DNA of 26,491 bases from a virus (taxonomy: Duplodnaviria > Caudoviricetes): positions 1 to 26,491 of the IMG/VR virus record IMGVR_UViG_3300005512_000284; one strand, given 5' to 3'. Within the stretch, counting starts at the first letter, position 1. Every line of letters begins with the position of its first letter. The notes beneath the pieces were generated by a model that ran no database searches, was not told where the DNA came from, and saw nothing but the letters and a program-made list of their open reading frames with translations. This document shows, piece by piece, positions 14,901 to 24,200 of the stretch. The translations under genes and the position numbers were made by a program.

Positions 14901-17900
14901 TATCCAAAGAAATCACCTTGTGGTTGCTTTGCAAGAGAGTATGTATCTACATTCAAAGTGGTTGAAGTGGATGAATAAACTTCAGGGATAGTTCCACCAT
15001 CAACGTAAGGATTGTCTGGATAAACCTCTGTTGGAGCGTTGTAATCACCTCTTCTATGATTGGATTGAGCAACTCTAAAGTTAATACTAGGATTAGTATC
15101 CTTCCCTTCTTCACCAAGACCTGTAGTAATAACTCTTCCTTGAACTGTCTCACCAACCTGGAATGTACCGGAACTCATTGAAATTTCAATTAGTTTAGGA
15201 ACACAGTATTTTGTAACATCTTTACCATCGAAGAAAGCATAGATTTGAGTACTTGGTTTTAAGTTTGCTGCATAAAATTCGATATTTCTTGATCTTACTG
15301 TAGTAACAATTTCGGTGCTGACTACTTTATCGCCAGCAGAAACTTCTTCGAAAGTTTCAGTAACATGATATTGTGTACCAGTTCTTGACTTAGTTCCACT
15401 TTCAATCGTGTCTGTTACGTCCTGCTCAATTGGTTGTTTGGTAGTCTGTCTAACCCATGCTGCAGGTCCACCTGATCCACCATTAATCCATCCACCTCTT
15501 CCAAATGTTCTAGATGAAGTGGTGGTAGATTCTCTAGTGTCAGTTTTAGTGGTTGTAGTTCCAGACCATTTTGTTTCCCAAGAATTCCACACCTCAGAAG
15601 CAAATCCAGTTTCTGGATCAACACCATATTTTTCTTCTGCCTCAGACATAATCTGAGAGTAGTTACCAATGGTATTGATTGTTTTTGCTTTTAATCTAGT
15701 TTGGTCAACCCAGTTATCAGAGGTAGGTGTTAAAACAATAGTACCTTGCCAGAAACTAATGAGGAAAGGAGTTACACTTTCAGTTCTGGTTGCAAAAGTT
15801 TGCGATATCCACTCAACATCAGAATAATCAAGACTGATAATGTCATTTTGCTTTCTGACGTTTGTTCCATCTATAGTAGAGTTTCTTTCATCAACAGTAG
15901 TATCGACATCGACAACAGGACCTGTTTGTAAACTGAAAGAATTCGTACTATGTTTTGGTCTAAGAATCTTATTGGATTGATCAATACTATTATTTCTACC
16001 AAGTCTTAAATCTTGAGTGGAGAATGATGTAAAGTTGTCTACAAAGAATCCAGACTTAAATCTATTAAAACCATTCGCATCAGGAATAAACTGATTAGCA
16101 GTAGTTGTTTCTAATGCAGAAAGAGTTGTGTAATACTCTAAGTTTCTAATTCTATCTTCAAGTTTTTTGATATCTTTCATCTGATATCTCTTGTACTTCA
16201 AGAATTGAATAGATGCTTGTTGTACGTTATGAAGATATGGTGGGTATTCTATTGTAGCAAGTTCAATTGCATTAGATGGAGATTCTGGTTGTGCTCTCTT
16301 TGGATCATCCGAAGGAGTTCCAAACTTCATTTGAAGTTTTCCGTCTTTATGTAAATAAAGTCTATCAATTCTTCCTTGATAATATGCATAATCTAAGAAA
16401 ATAGTTTCATTAGAAGCAAGAATATTTGGAACAGAATTTCCTGCTGTATTAAAAGATCTTCCAAGGAACTCTAGAGGTGATCTAGATCCCTCAGATACGG
16501 TATAGTCACTAACTCTTGGTCTTAAGTCAATAATATCTGTATTCAATACACCATTTACTGCTTTAACTTCTGTGGAGTAGTTAAAATCATTATATGATTC
16601 AACAGTAATGATGTCACCGTTATCGGAAGCATCAAAAGATGCACTCTTATAATATACTTTAATTTTATTCTTTGGAGAATCTGAATCAGTTTTTCTTGTT
16701 ACAAAACCATGATTGTAGATTGTTCCTCTTTGCCCAGATCCAAAAGTATAATTTGATGAAATATTGAAAGAAGTTGTATTCAAACTACTTACTCCACCAG
16801 AAATAGAAGATTCTTGGAATACAACTGTTTCACCTTCTACAAACTTAAAGTTATTCTTAGGAAGATATCTAATAGTAGATGAATCTTTAGTTTCTGCAAA
16901 CACTGCAACTGCACCACTTGTTTGACCAACTATCAATTCTCCGATAGTCATGTCTCCGGTTGAGGCAGTTGGTCCATTCAACTGAGTAAGAGTTATTTCT
17001 GGCGCACCAAAATTATTATCACTCAATGTAGGATCAGATGTCTCATATATTGCATGAATCTCGATTATATCTGGAACATTTAGTGATATTGTATTATCTT
17101 GAACTCTAGTTCCAAATGGATAATTGCCATAAGTCAATCCATCATTTAAAGTGGTTGAACCGATTCCAGAAGCTGATTTGATTGACTTATCAACAACTAA
17201 AGTTTTAACTCTATTTTTGATTTTTTTCTTTGCTTTTACATTAGTCTTTCTAACTGTAGTAACAAGTTGAGCACCAGTATTATCTTCACCTAAACCTCTA
17301 ATCTGAAGTTCTCGAAGATCTGTAGAGAATGAGAGATTATTAGATCTAAGTGGTTCAGTAGTTCCATCAGATCTAATAAGAGAATATCTTTCATCATTAT
17401 ACGAAAGATAAGTTTCCCCTTCAGGAAGTGCGATCGTACTTAAACTAGTAGAACTTAATTCATTACTTTCAATATCTACCGTAAACGATTTTCTAATTAT
17501 TATTTCTGAATCTGTAAGATCAACAACAGCAATGTTTTCATTTGGTAATTCTGTATAGAAAGTTGTATCAGAAGAAGAATCTAATTCGGTAGTTACTACT
17601 TTAAGATCTGAAGCAGTAAAGTTTGATGTGGGAAGACTACCATTAACTACACCAGAAACTGCTGTTACTCCTGTAACAGATACCTCAGTTGTTGTTACAC
17701 CTACAACTCTTACTAAAATCGGATCATTAGATGTAGAAGGATCAGAATACTCAAGTAAGTTGTTTAATCTTATTTTACCAGGAAATAATTCACTCGAACT
17801 AGTAATAGTACTAATGCTTCCACTAGAAGCGGTAATAGAAGCAACTCCTACCTCAAATGATGAAGTCTGTATAACATTAGCACTAAAAGTGTTAATTCCT

Positions 17901-19645
17901 GTAATATTGTCTCCGTTTGTTCCTGCAGATATTCCTGTATTAGAATAAACAGATTTTATATCCGAAATACCATAAGAAGTAATTGCAGTAGCAACTCGAT
18001 TTTCTACAGTTTTTTCAGTAGAAATTCCACTTCTAAAGATAAGAACTTCATCTTTAATGAATTTACCTTTTTGATCATATACAGTTAGTGCAGTTCCAGC
18101 ACTAACAGGATTTCTCAAAAATGCTGTTGCTCCACTACTGTTTCCCTCAACATATGCAGGAACAGATAGATCAATTGAGTTATTAACTGTAATTTCTGTA
18201 AAAGGTTGAATGTCATACATTGACATTCCCCATTCGTTTGTCTGTGGAGATGTTGAATTATATGATCCTGATTCTAGTCTGAAATCAAATACTCTAGCAA
18301 GTCCTATTTCTTTTCCTGGAGCTGCTTCTGAGTTTAATCCAACTCTCTGATCTCTCAAACTAAGAATAAATGTATTACCAACACCAACCGTTGGTGATCT
18401 AAACACACTATTCAGTTTAAGTGTAGGTCCTGTATTGTAAGGAAAAAACTGATTTTCAATAGTTTTTGTTGTTCTTGGTTTAGGTACATCAATAAAAGAT
18501 GGACTTATTGTTTCAACTTCATATCCAGACACATAAGCTTTACCTGGAGATACTCTACAAATTGCTAAATCTGGACTGGGAGTTGAACCACCAGCAGTAA
18601 ATTGTCCTTCTTCATATAATCCCTGATTACCTAGATTATTATTAAGAGAATTTAAAATAGAAACGTTAAATGGTTTGACAACATAATGTCCACTTTCATC
18701 ATATGTCCTTCTTGCTAAGATGTCTGTAAGATCATCGTAGAACACTGTGCCACTGCCTTTAGCACTACCTCTTTTGCTAGGTGCTTGAAGAACTCCATTA
18801 ACTACAGTTGCTAATAAAACAAAATTGTCATCATCAAAATCATCAAGAGATTTTTTAAACAAACTTGTAGATATTCTAAGTCTATCTGCACCCGAAGATC
18901 CATAGTTATTAAATCCTTGAGAATTGTCATTCAAAGATTCGTCAGTATTTGAATTTACAATTTCTTCAGAAATGAAGAGACCAATTCTGTAACTAGGAGT
19001 GTTTGTATATTGATCTAAAACTAAAGACTCTCTGTTTACATTTACAAAATGTCCGCGAATGAAGTATACTCCACTTTCAATTTGAAATACTGATCCCGTG
19101 GCAGTTGAATTTGCTGGTATAGTATTTGCGAATGGGCTTCCAGCTGAAATGACAGAGTTACCTAACAATCCAGAACTCAAAGGTTGATTACACGTTAAAG
19201 ATTCCCCGTCAGTAAATGTTTGTGTAGTATTATCAGTTCTAGCAGAACCTTGGTATGCAATATATAATGTTAAATTGTTTCTTTCCGAATCTGCAGACGA
19301 AAGAATGCTATCAACAACAGCAGTAACTCCAGAAGTTTGTCCTGTAATTGTTGTTCCAATTAACTGATCCGCATATGCTTCAACAGGAACTCCCTGAAAA
19401 GTATTTGCTAGTTGTACGGAATAGTATAACTGAGAATAACCGGTGTTACCTGGGATTACTTTCGCACCTTCTTTGAAAAAGTGCTGACCAAATTTTTCTA
19501 CTTGATTCTGAAGAATCGATTGTAGAGTTGTTAATTCTCTTGCCTGAACTGGATATCCAGGCTTAAAAAGCACCTTGTGGTAATCGTTCGCCGCATCAAA
19601 ATCGTCAAAATATGGTGCTACGTTAAGGTTCGTCTGCTGTGGCAT
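11984..19645 (-). CDS. Large virion structural protein, VrlC-like / DUF4815 family (2553 aa)
   Basis: NLNVAPYFDDFD..VLFKPGYPVQARELTTLQSILQNQ..GADRL..LARRTYDESG.Y..GKAYV.GYEV..RY.MKDI.KLE.RI.NLEYYT.LS.LE..RFKSGFFVDNF..DPLAQSF..GSLFKSQN..W..EDLKF..IKIVM..LRVIALA; position after gp8. Confidence 0.88.
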   Translation of the reverse strand: MPQQTNLNVAPYFDDFDAANDYHKVLFKPGYPVQARELTTLQSILQNQVEKFGQHFFKEGAKVIPGNTGYSQLYYSVQLANTFQGVPVEAYADQLIGTTITGQTSGVTAVVDSILSSADSERNNLTLYIAYQGSARTDNTTQTFTDGESLTCNQPLSSGLLGNSVISAGSPFANTIPANSTATGSVFQIESGVYFIRGHFVNVNRESLVLDQYTNTPSYRIGLFISEEIVNSNTDESLNDNSQGFNNYGSSGADRLRISTSLFKKSLDDFDDDNFVLLATVVNGVLQAPSKRGSAKGSGTVFYDDLTDILARRTYDESGHYVVKPFNVSILNSLNNNLGNQGLYEEGQFTAGGSTPSPDLAICRVSPGKAYVSGYEVETISPSFIDVPKPRTTKTIENQFFPYNTGPTLKLNSVFRSPTVGVGNTFILSLRDQRVGLNSEAAPGKEIGLARVFDFRLESGSYNSTSPQTNEWGMSMYDIQPFTEITVNNSIDLSVPAYVEGNSSGATAFLRNPVSAGTALTVYDQKGKFIKDEVLIFRSGISTEKTVENRVATAITSYGISDIKSVYSNTGISAGTNGDNITGINTFSANVIQTSSFEVGVASITASSGSISTITSSSELFPGKIRLNNLLEYSDPSTSNDPILVRVVGVTTTEVSVTGVTAVSGVVNGSLPTSNFTASDLKVVTTELDSSSDTTFYTELPNENIAVVDLTDSEIIIRKSFTVDIESNELSSTSLSTIALPEGETYLSYNDERYSLIRSDGTTEPLRSNNLSFSTDLRELQIRGLGEDNTGAQLVTTVRKTNVKAKKKIKNRVKTLVVDKSIKSASGIGSTTLNDGLTYGNYPFGTRVQDNTISLNVPDIIEIHAIYETSDPTLSDNNFGAPEITLTQLNGPTASTGDMTIGELIVGQTSGAVAVFAETKDSSTIRYLPKNNFKFVEGETVVFQESSISGGVSSLNTTSFNISSNYTFGSGQRGTIYNHGFVTRKTDSDSPKNKIKVYYKSASFDASDNGDIITVESYNDFNYSTEVKAVNGVLNTDIIDLRPRVSDYTVSEGSRSPLEFLGRSFNTAGNSVPNILASNETIFLDYAYYQGRIDRLYLHKDGKLQMKFGTPSDDPKRAQPESPSNAIELATIEYPPYLHNVQQASIQFLKYKRYQMKDIKKLEDRIRNLEYYTTLSALETTTANQFIPDANGFNRFKSGFFVDNFTSFSTQDLRLGRNNSIDQSNKILRPKHSTNSFSLQTGPVVDVDTTVDERNSTIDGTNVRKQNDIISLDYSDVEWISQTFATRTESVTPFLISFWQGTIVLTPTSDNWVDQTRLKAKTINTIGNYSQIMSEAEEKYGVDPETGFASEVWNSWETKWSGTTTTKTDTRESTTTSSRTFGRGGWINGGSGGPAAWVRQTTKQPIEQDVTDTIESGTKSRTGTQYHVTETFEEVSAGDKVVSTEIVTTVRSRNIEFYAANLKPSTQIYAFFDGKDVTKYCVPKLIEISMSSGTFQVGETVQGRVITTGLGEEGKDTNPSINFRVAQSNHRRGDYNAPTEVYPDNPYVDGGTIPEVYSSTSTTLNVDTYSLAKQPQGDFFGYIQTGMKLTGQTSGAEAEVTNVRLITDKSSALLGSFFIPDPSNKDNPSFDTGNNIFTLTNDSENDQDSATTVGEEAYTTAGTLETVQEQIISIRNAKIEQKKLFEEELVNRTIDTEVTATRNIGRATTSESIVGWYDPLAQSFLVDDQTDPEGVFITKCDVFFRTKDDGDTPVRFQIRTMENGFPTPKYFDLSEVLLYPDSVNTSTDGSVATTFEFAAPVYLEGGKEYAICLISNSTKYSVYVSRVGENDILTDAYISNQPTLGSLFKSQNASTWEASQWEDLKFTLYRADFVESGSVDLYSPELSEGNKLIPTLMENPLNIASKEIRVGLGTTVADGRYVLGNTFFQGTSANRIAQGDLIGVGASATGTLTVTNPGVGYTPADGSFTFTGANLVAVSGNGTGSTADITIEDGVAIAATISNAGGTGYQVGDVVTINATAPLPSSSDPAGLSIGRNARFTVTSIGQTSQLILGNVQGEFITGAAGTMRFFDGNGVERELNSDHGGDVIPDVITTVTDGLHIKVNHVNHGMNFDDNFVRIYKVLPDGKPTKLTAAYDKSSTDPLQVTAGTGSNFDTFEGVGVGLTNTGLLLIGEEIIEYTSTTSSTIGGSLSRGVIPKSYPIDTPVYKYELAGVSLARINKTHDLSNVTIANPITLDSYHIKLDMSEKFGIIGINDNADRSTGVGFPKLFLNASKSAGGDNVRATKNIPFEIIKPSIHNIAVEGTSVSGQIRTVTTQSISGDEVPYVNAGFEDVVLNANNYFDSPRAVFSKVNEDRKLDAIEGNKSMQMRLFLGTTNTKLTPQIDLDRCSVYTISNRVNSEVTNYATDSRVNTIFDDPSACQYISKEVTLENPASSIKIFVDAHIPTDADIRAFYAINSDPGFEPIFEPFPGYLNLNVNGQVINEEDSDGRPDVFVENSIKKGYSAYDTDFIERTFTADDLPNFRSYRIKIVMTSTSQELVPQIKNLRVIALA

Positions 19646-19651
19646 AATTCT

Positions 19652-21205
19652 TTAGAACTGCAAGATAACTTTTATGTCTTCTTTTTGATTCGACGATCTT
19701 GTAATCGAAGGTCTATTATCTACGTATATAATATTACCAGAATGCTGTTTTACCTCTGGGGATGCAACACCTGTAGTGAAATCCATTCCAAGATAATATG
19801 TACGATTATTTATCGTGGTTTTATTATCACTAAATGTGCTGTCAATACTTAAAGGTAATCCAGTAGATGGAGTGATTGCTAATGATCCAGTTCCAGTTGG
19901 ACTTCCAGTAAAATCTCTTAAGAGATATCCATAAGTTGGATTAGTAACTCCTATTCCTGCGGTAGTAAATCCTGCAAGCGTTCTATCTTGCCAAAGTTTC
20001 AAAACTCCAGTATTTTGATCATAACTTACAACCCTACCTACTGCAGTAACTCCAGTTCCAACTGTTTGAGTAACAAAAGAATCTGCAGTAAATGTTGCTT
20101 CACTATATCCAACTCCTGTTAATTTTAAAGCAGTAACAGCACTCGCTTTATCTAGTGTTAAAACTGATCCTCCAGTTGGCGAAAGTGGATTTTCTACAAT
20201 GCCAATTCTAGCAAATTGATTTCCTGTGATAAAATCTGGATTTTCATTGTCACTCTCAATTCTAGAGTATAATAGTACGTTATACGCACCGAGTTCTCTA
20301 TAAATATCTGCTCCATGACCGCCTTGTGGCGTTATAATAACATCAAAAGTTGGTCTTGTTGTTCCTGCTGGGATTCCTGCAAATTCGAAGTCAAGAGTTC
20401 CAAAAGTATACCCAGACCCTTGAGAAGATACTGTAACTTCATTTATTTTTGAGTCTCCATCAATAGTTACAGTGCATTCTGCTCCTGTTCCATCACCTCT
20501 AATCGGAACTCCAGTATATGTCTGATTTGCCGTTCCTAACCCAGCACCACGGTTAGTTACTGTTACGATTTTAATAGAACCATCTACAGCATTATCTCTA
20601 ACTAAAGCAGTTTCATTGCTAGTACTCCAGTCTAGAGGAACTGGAATGAAATCTGTAGCCTCAAACTTAACAATGTCTGATGGTTTAATAGTATAAAGAT
20701 ATTTCCAAATATATCCATCCCCACTAGCTCCAGCTGCTTTTGGTTCTAAATCAGTGAAGGTTGGTTCATCTAGAGATGGTCTACCAGAAGCATTTTCTGG
20801 ATTTGTTCCATTCTGCAAACAAATATAAACCCTATAATCACTATTGATTATATAAAAACTCGACTTGTAAAGATTAGTTTGTCCAGTAACTGGTGTCGTA
20901 TTTGTTCTACTATAATCATGACGATACATTTCATAAGTAGTTCCAGATGACCAAAATCTCTTAGGAATAACCTGCCTTACATCGGTAGAGTTTATCCTCT
21001 TCAAAGCAATCATTGTATTCCAATAATCATTCTCCTCATCAAAATTATCTTTTGGTGAAGGAGGATTATCGTTCCATGTAGAAGAATAATCTGTCGGATT
21101 TGGAAGTCCGACGAAAGAATAATAGGAGTTGCTGGCATTAGCAACTCCCGCGACAAAGTTCTTCGCGTTTAATATTCTTACCTGATCAGTTATAATAGCA
21201 GCCAT
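19652..21205 (-). CDS. gp8: Baseplate wedge subunit (T4 gp8-like)
   Basis: MAAIITDQ.RILNAKNF..W..MIALKRI..W.SGTTY.MYRHDY..VYICL.NG..DGYIWKYLYTI..GGHG..SGNIIYVDNR.SITR..QKEDIKVILQF. Confidence 0.93.
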   Translation of the reverse strand: MAAIITDQVRILNAKNFVAGVANASNSYYSFVGLPNPTDYSSTWNDNPPSPKDNFDEENDYWNTMIALKRINSTDVRQVIPKRFWSSGTTYEMYRHDYSRTNTTPVTGQTNLYKSSFYIINSDYRVYICLQNGTNPENASGRPSLDEPTFTDLEPKAAGASGDGYIWKYLYTIKPSDIVKFEATDFIPVPLDWSTSNETALVRDNAVDGSIKIVTVTNRGAGLGTANQTYTGVPIRGDGTGAECTVTIDGDSKINEVTVSSQGSGYTFGTLDFEFAGIPAGTTRPTFDVIITPQGGHGADIYRELGAYNVLLYSRIESDNENPDFITGNQFARIGIVENPLSPTGGSVLTLDKASAVTALKLTGVGYSEATFTADSFVTQTVGTGVTAVGRVVSYDQNTGVLKLWQDRTLAGFTTAGIGVTNPTYGYLLRDFTGSPTGTGSLAITPSTGLPLSIDSTFSDNKTTINNRTYYLGMDFTTGVASPEVKQHSGNIIYVDNRPSITRSSNQKEDIKVILQF

Positions 21206-21225
21206 TTTTGACGGTCTCTTTTACT

Positions 21226-21233
21226 TATTTATT
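21226..21233 (-). promoter_or_regulatory. T4-type late promoter, AATAAATA
   Basis: Immediately after the gp7 stop (TGA TAA TAA ATA), about 21 nt upstream of the gp8 ATG. Confidence 0.7.
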
Positions 21234-21234
21234 A

Positions 21235-24200
21235 TCAAAAATCATGAGTAAAATTTTTGTATCTGATATATCTTGTTCTATAAACTTTTGAAGAAGTGGA
21301 TATACCTGTCAATCCATTTGTTCCTATTCCAGTCAACGTATGAGCTGGATATGAAATTTCTTTAGTTCTGCCATCCAGAATAATCTTACCCCAAGAGTAA
21401 TCTCCAAGGAATGCTCCAGTTGAGAACCCAGAAACGCCATCAGGTTCAATATCAGTATTTACGGTTACTTTAACTACACTAGTACTAACTCCAGCAACGG
21501 TTTGAGTCACTACTCCGACAGTGTTGGCAACATATACATTGTCAATAAATTCTGACCCAATTCCAACCACTGTAGAATTATCAGTTCCAAAAGCAGTTAT
21601 GCTTGTTGATGCTGTTCCTAGATTGGAATTTCTTACTATAAAGTAATCTCCAGTTGATATTCCACTTATAGTTACAGCAGTTCCAACCAAATCAGCATTT
21701 CTCATATCAGAATCAAAGGGAATATGTAGATGGAATACCATTCCAGTTGCACCAACACCAATAGAGGTTGTTCCCAGTCCAACAATTATTCCAGAATCTC
21801 CAAAATATTCAGAATTTAAAACATCACAAGACTCTGTTTGTTTTGCAGGTGGACCAATCAAAACTAATGGTGGATTTGTTTGAGTGTATCCAGATCCAGG
21901 ATTCGTAATAGTAATATCAGTAACAGATCCATTAGTAATTGTTGCAGTTGCAGTTGCAGTTGTAGATCCTATACCAACACTTACATCTGGTGCTGTAGAA
22001 TATCCAACTCCTCCTTCGTTAATAGTAATCGAGTTTATAGTTCCTGCAGCAGAAACTACAGCAGTTGCTGCAGATCCAATGGTAACTGCTGGATTTACTA
22101 ATGTTACCGATTTTCTAAAGGCTTCTCTAAACGCAGAATTTGAATTTTCATTATTAAGATCAAATAATGGTCTTAATCTGTCAACATAGATTATGGTAGA
22201 TCCAATACCAACTGTACTGATAATATTTGCAGTCGGGCTAATAACAGGTTCGTAAATTTCTCTATCTTTACTAACTTCTTGCCCGTTAATAATCTTATCT
22301 TCAGTTTGTCTACACCATGTTATTGGTCTTTCAAGAGTAGTATCGACAGTATTTCCTGGTCCAAAATATGGAAGAGTTTCACACTTATCTACATTTGTTA
22401 TAGAACTGATTGTTCTATCATTTTCTTGAAGATAAGACTTTTGACCTCTGTCTGGGTCATAATTTAAAGTCACTTCATCTCCATATTTTATTGTTTCAAT
22501 GACTTCTCTCTCAATAACATCTAGACCATCCCCACCACCTTTGTAGAAACAGATTTCAAGAGTATCTCCAATCTTCAATGCTTCCGAGAAAGTTATCTGA
22601 GATCCTCCATTAAATGTATAAGAGACACCTGGACTCTGAAGTATTCCGTTTACAAATACTAAAAGTAACTGATCCAGTTCAATCTTTGATCCTTTTGTTT
22701 TGTTAATGGATATTGGAATACCTGCCTTGATTAATGGGAAGTCAACTCTGGATCCATCAATATAACTATTCAAATCATCAAATGTCTCAAGAACACCTAA
22801 GGACCATCCAGTAAACTCGTCACGAATAACTCTCTCAATTTGGATTTCAAACTGATTTGATGATGAGAAACCAGGAGTAGTAGCAATACCAACGTTTCCT
22901 CCAACAGAAACTGTTAATCTTTCACCATTATTATATCCATACCCAGTATTATTAATTTCAAAATCAATAACACTAGAACCTTGACCCACAACAATATCAA
23001 TTGTAGCAGCTGTTCCTAATCCAGTTGTTCCCGAAACATATTCTAAAGGTAAATTAGTATATGAAGATGGAGAATCAATTGTAACAAAAGGTAGGTTGGT
23101 AGAAGTATATCCACTTCCAGGATTGGTAATAGTGACGGAAGTAGAAATATTGCCAGTTCCTGTCATGATAGTTGCAAAACCAACATGAGTTATTGACGAA
23201 ATTCCTACAGAACTTTCCCCAACACTAACATTTACATATCCAAGAGTTGGATTTGTAATTCCGATGCTAACCTGAGTTCCAGTTGGAATTTCAAGAGAAC
23301 TTGTAGACCCAAAACCAATTCTAACAAAAGTAGATGCTACGGAAACGACAGGTGTGTTTGTTCTTAAGAATGATCCAATGCCAATCGTAACATTATCACC
23401 AGTATTCAGTAAACTAATAATATCATAAACACTGTTTGTATTTTCCAAATAAATTTCAGTAGATCCAACTCCAACGGGATTAGATGTATCCGTTAAGATT
23501 TCATAGCGATTTTTACCTCTGTACCCAGAACCAGAATTACCTATTGAAACTGCTGAAATAGTTCCAGCAGCAGATACTGTTGCAGTTCCGCCTGCAGCAA
23601 CTAGAGGTTGGTATCCAAATCCCGCTGAAGATCCAACGGAAACAATCATTCCTCCTCTTGGGAAAGTAGAAACTCCAACATCGTTTGACATTGATTCTAC
23701 AAAATCAGACTCAGTTGTTCTACCTGCACCAGCAAAAGTAATCGAAGTTATTCCAGTGGTTTCTGATAAAGTATAATTGTTTAAATTTCCAAAAACTTGG
23801 AACATATCATTGACTAATATCACTGCACCTTCATTAGAAATGCCATCAATATCACTTCCGTTAGATTTTAAAGTAAACTCTCTCTTGATTCCGTTAAATT
23901 GTTCTGAAATATCATCAAAAACATAATTTTTATGGTATGTTTCGTTGGTAGTATTTTTTTGAGCTGTTCTCATAAAAGTTCTTCCTTGGAAACTAGAACT
24001 AGTTGTTATTCCAAGGTAATCTCTTTCATCTGGAGGATTTGTTGTAGACCCAATTGGAGTATTTCCATATGGTGCATCAATAAAGTTTATAGTGTTGGCA
24101 ACAATATTATAATTTCCAACAACTTTAGTTACTAAATCGCCTGTAGAAAGTCCTGTTTGGATGTTTGTTCCCATCCATCCCCTACGAACCGAAAGAGCAT

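Noticed and set aside
1979-15669. Short same-strand out-of-frame ORFs (1979-2230, 8024-8281, 14434-14619, 14953-15156, 15415-15669)
   Set aside because: Fully nested in larger genes, with L/Q-rich frame-shift-type composition and no recognisable motif.
3944-19813. Intragenic TAAATA matches (3944-3950, 4341-4347, 19807-19813)
   Set aside because: Inside coding sequence of an AT-rich genome where chance matches are expected; the one at 19807 could serve the VrlC-like gene but there is no further support.
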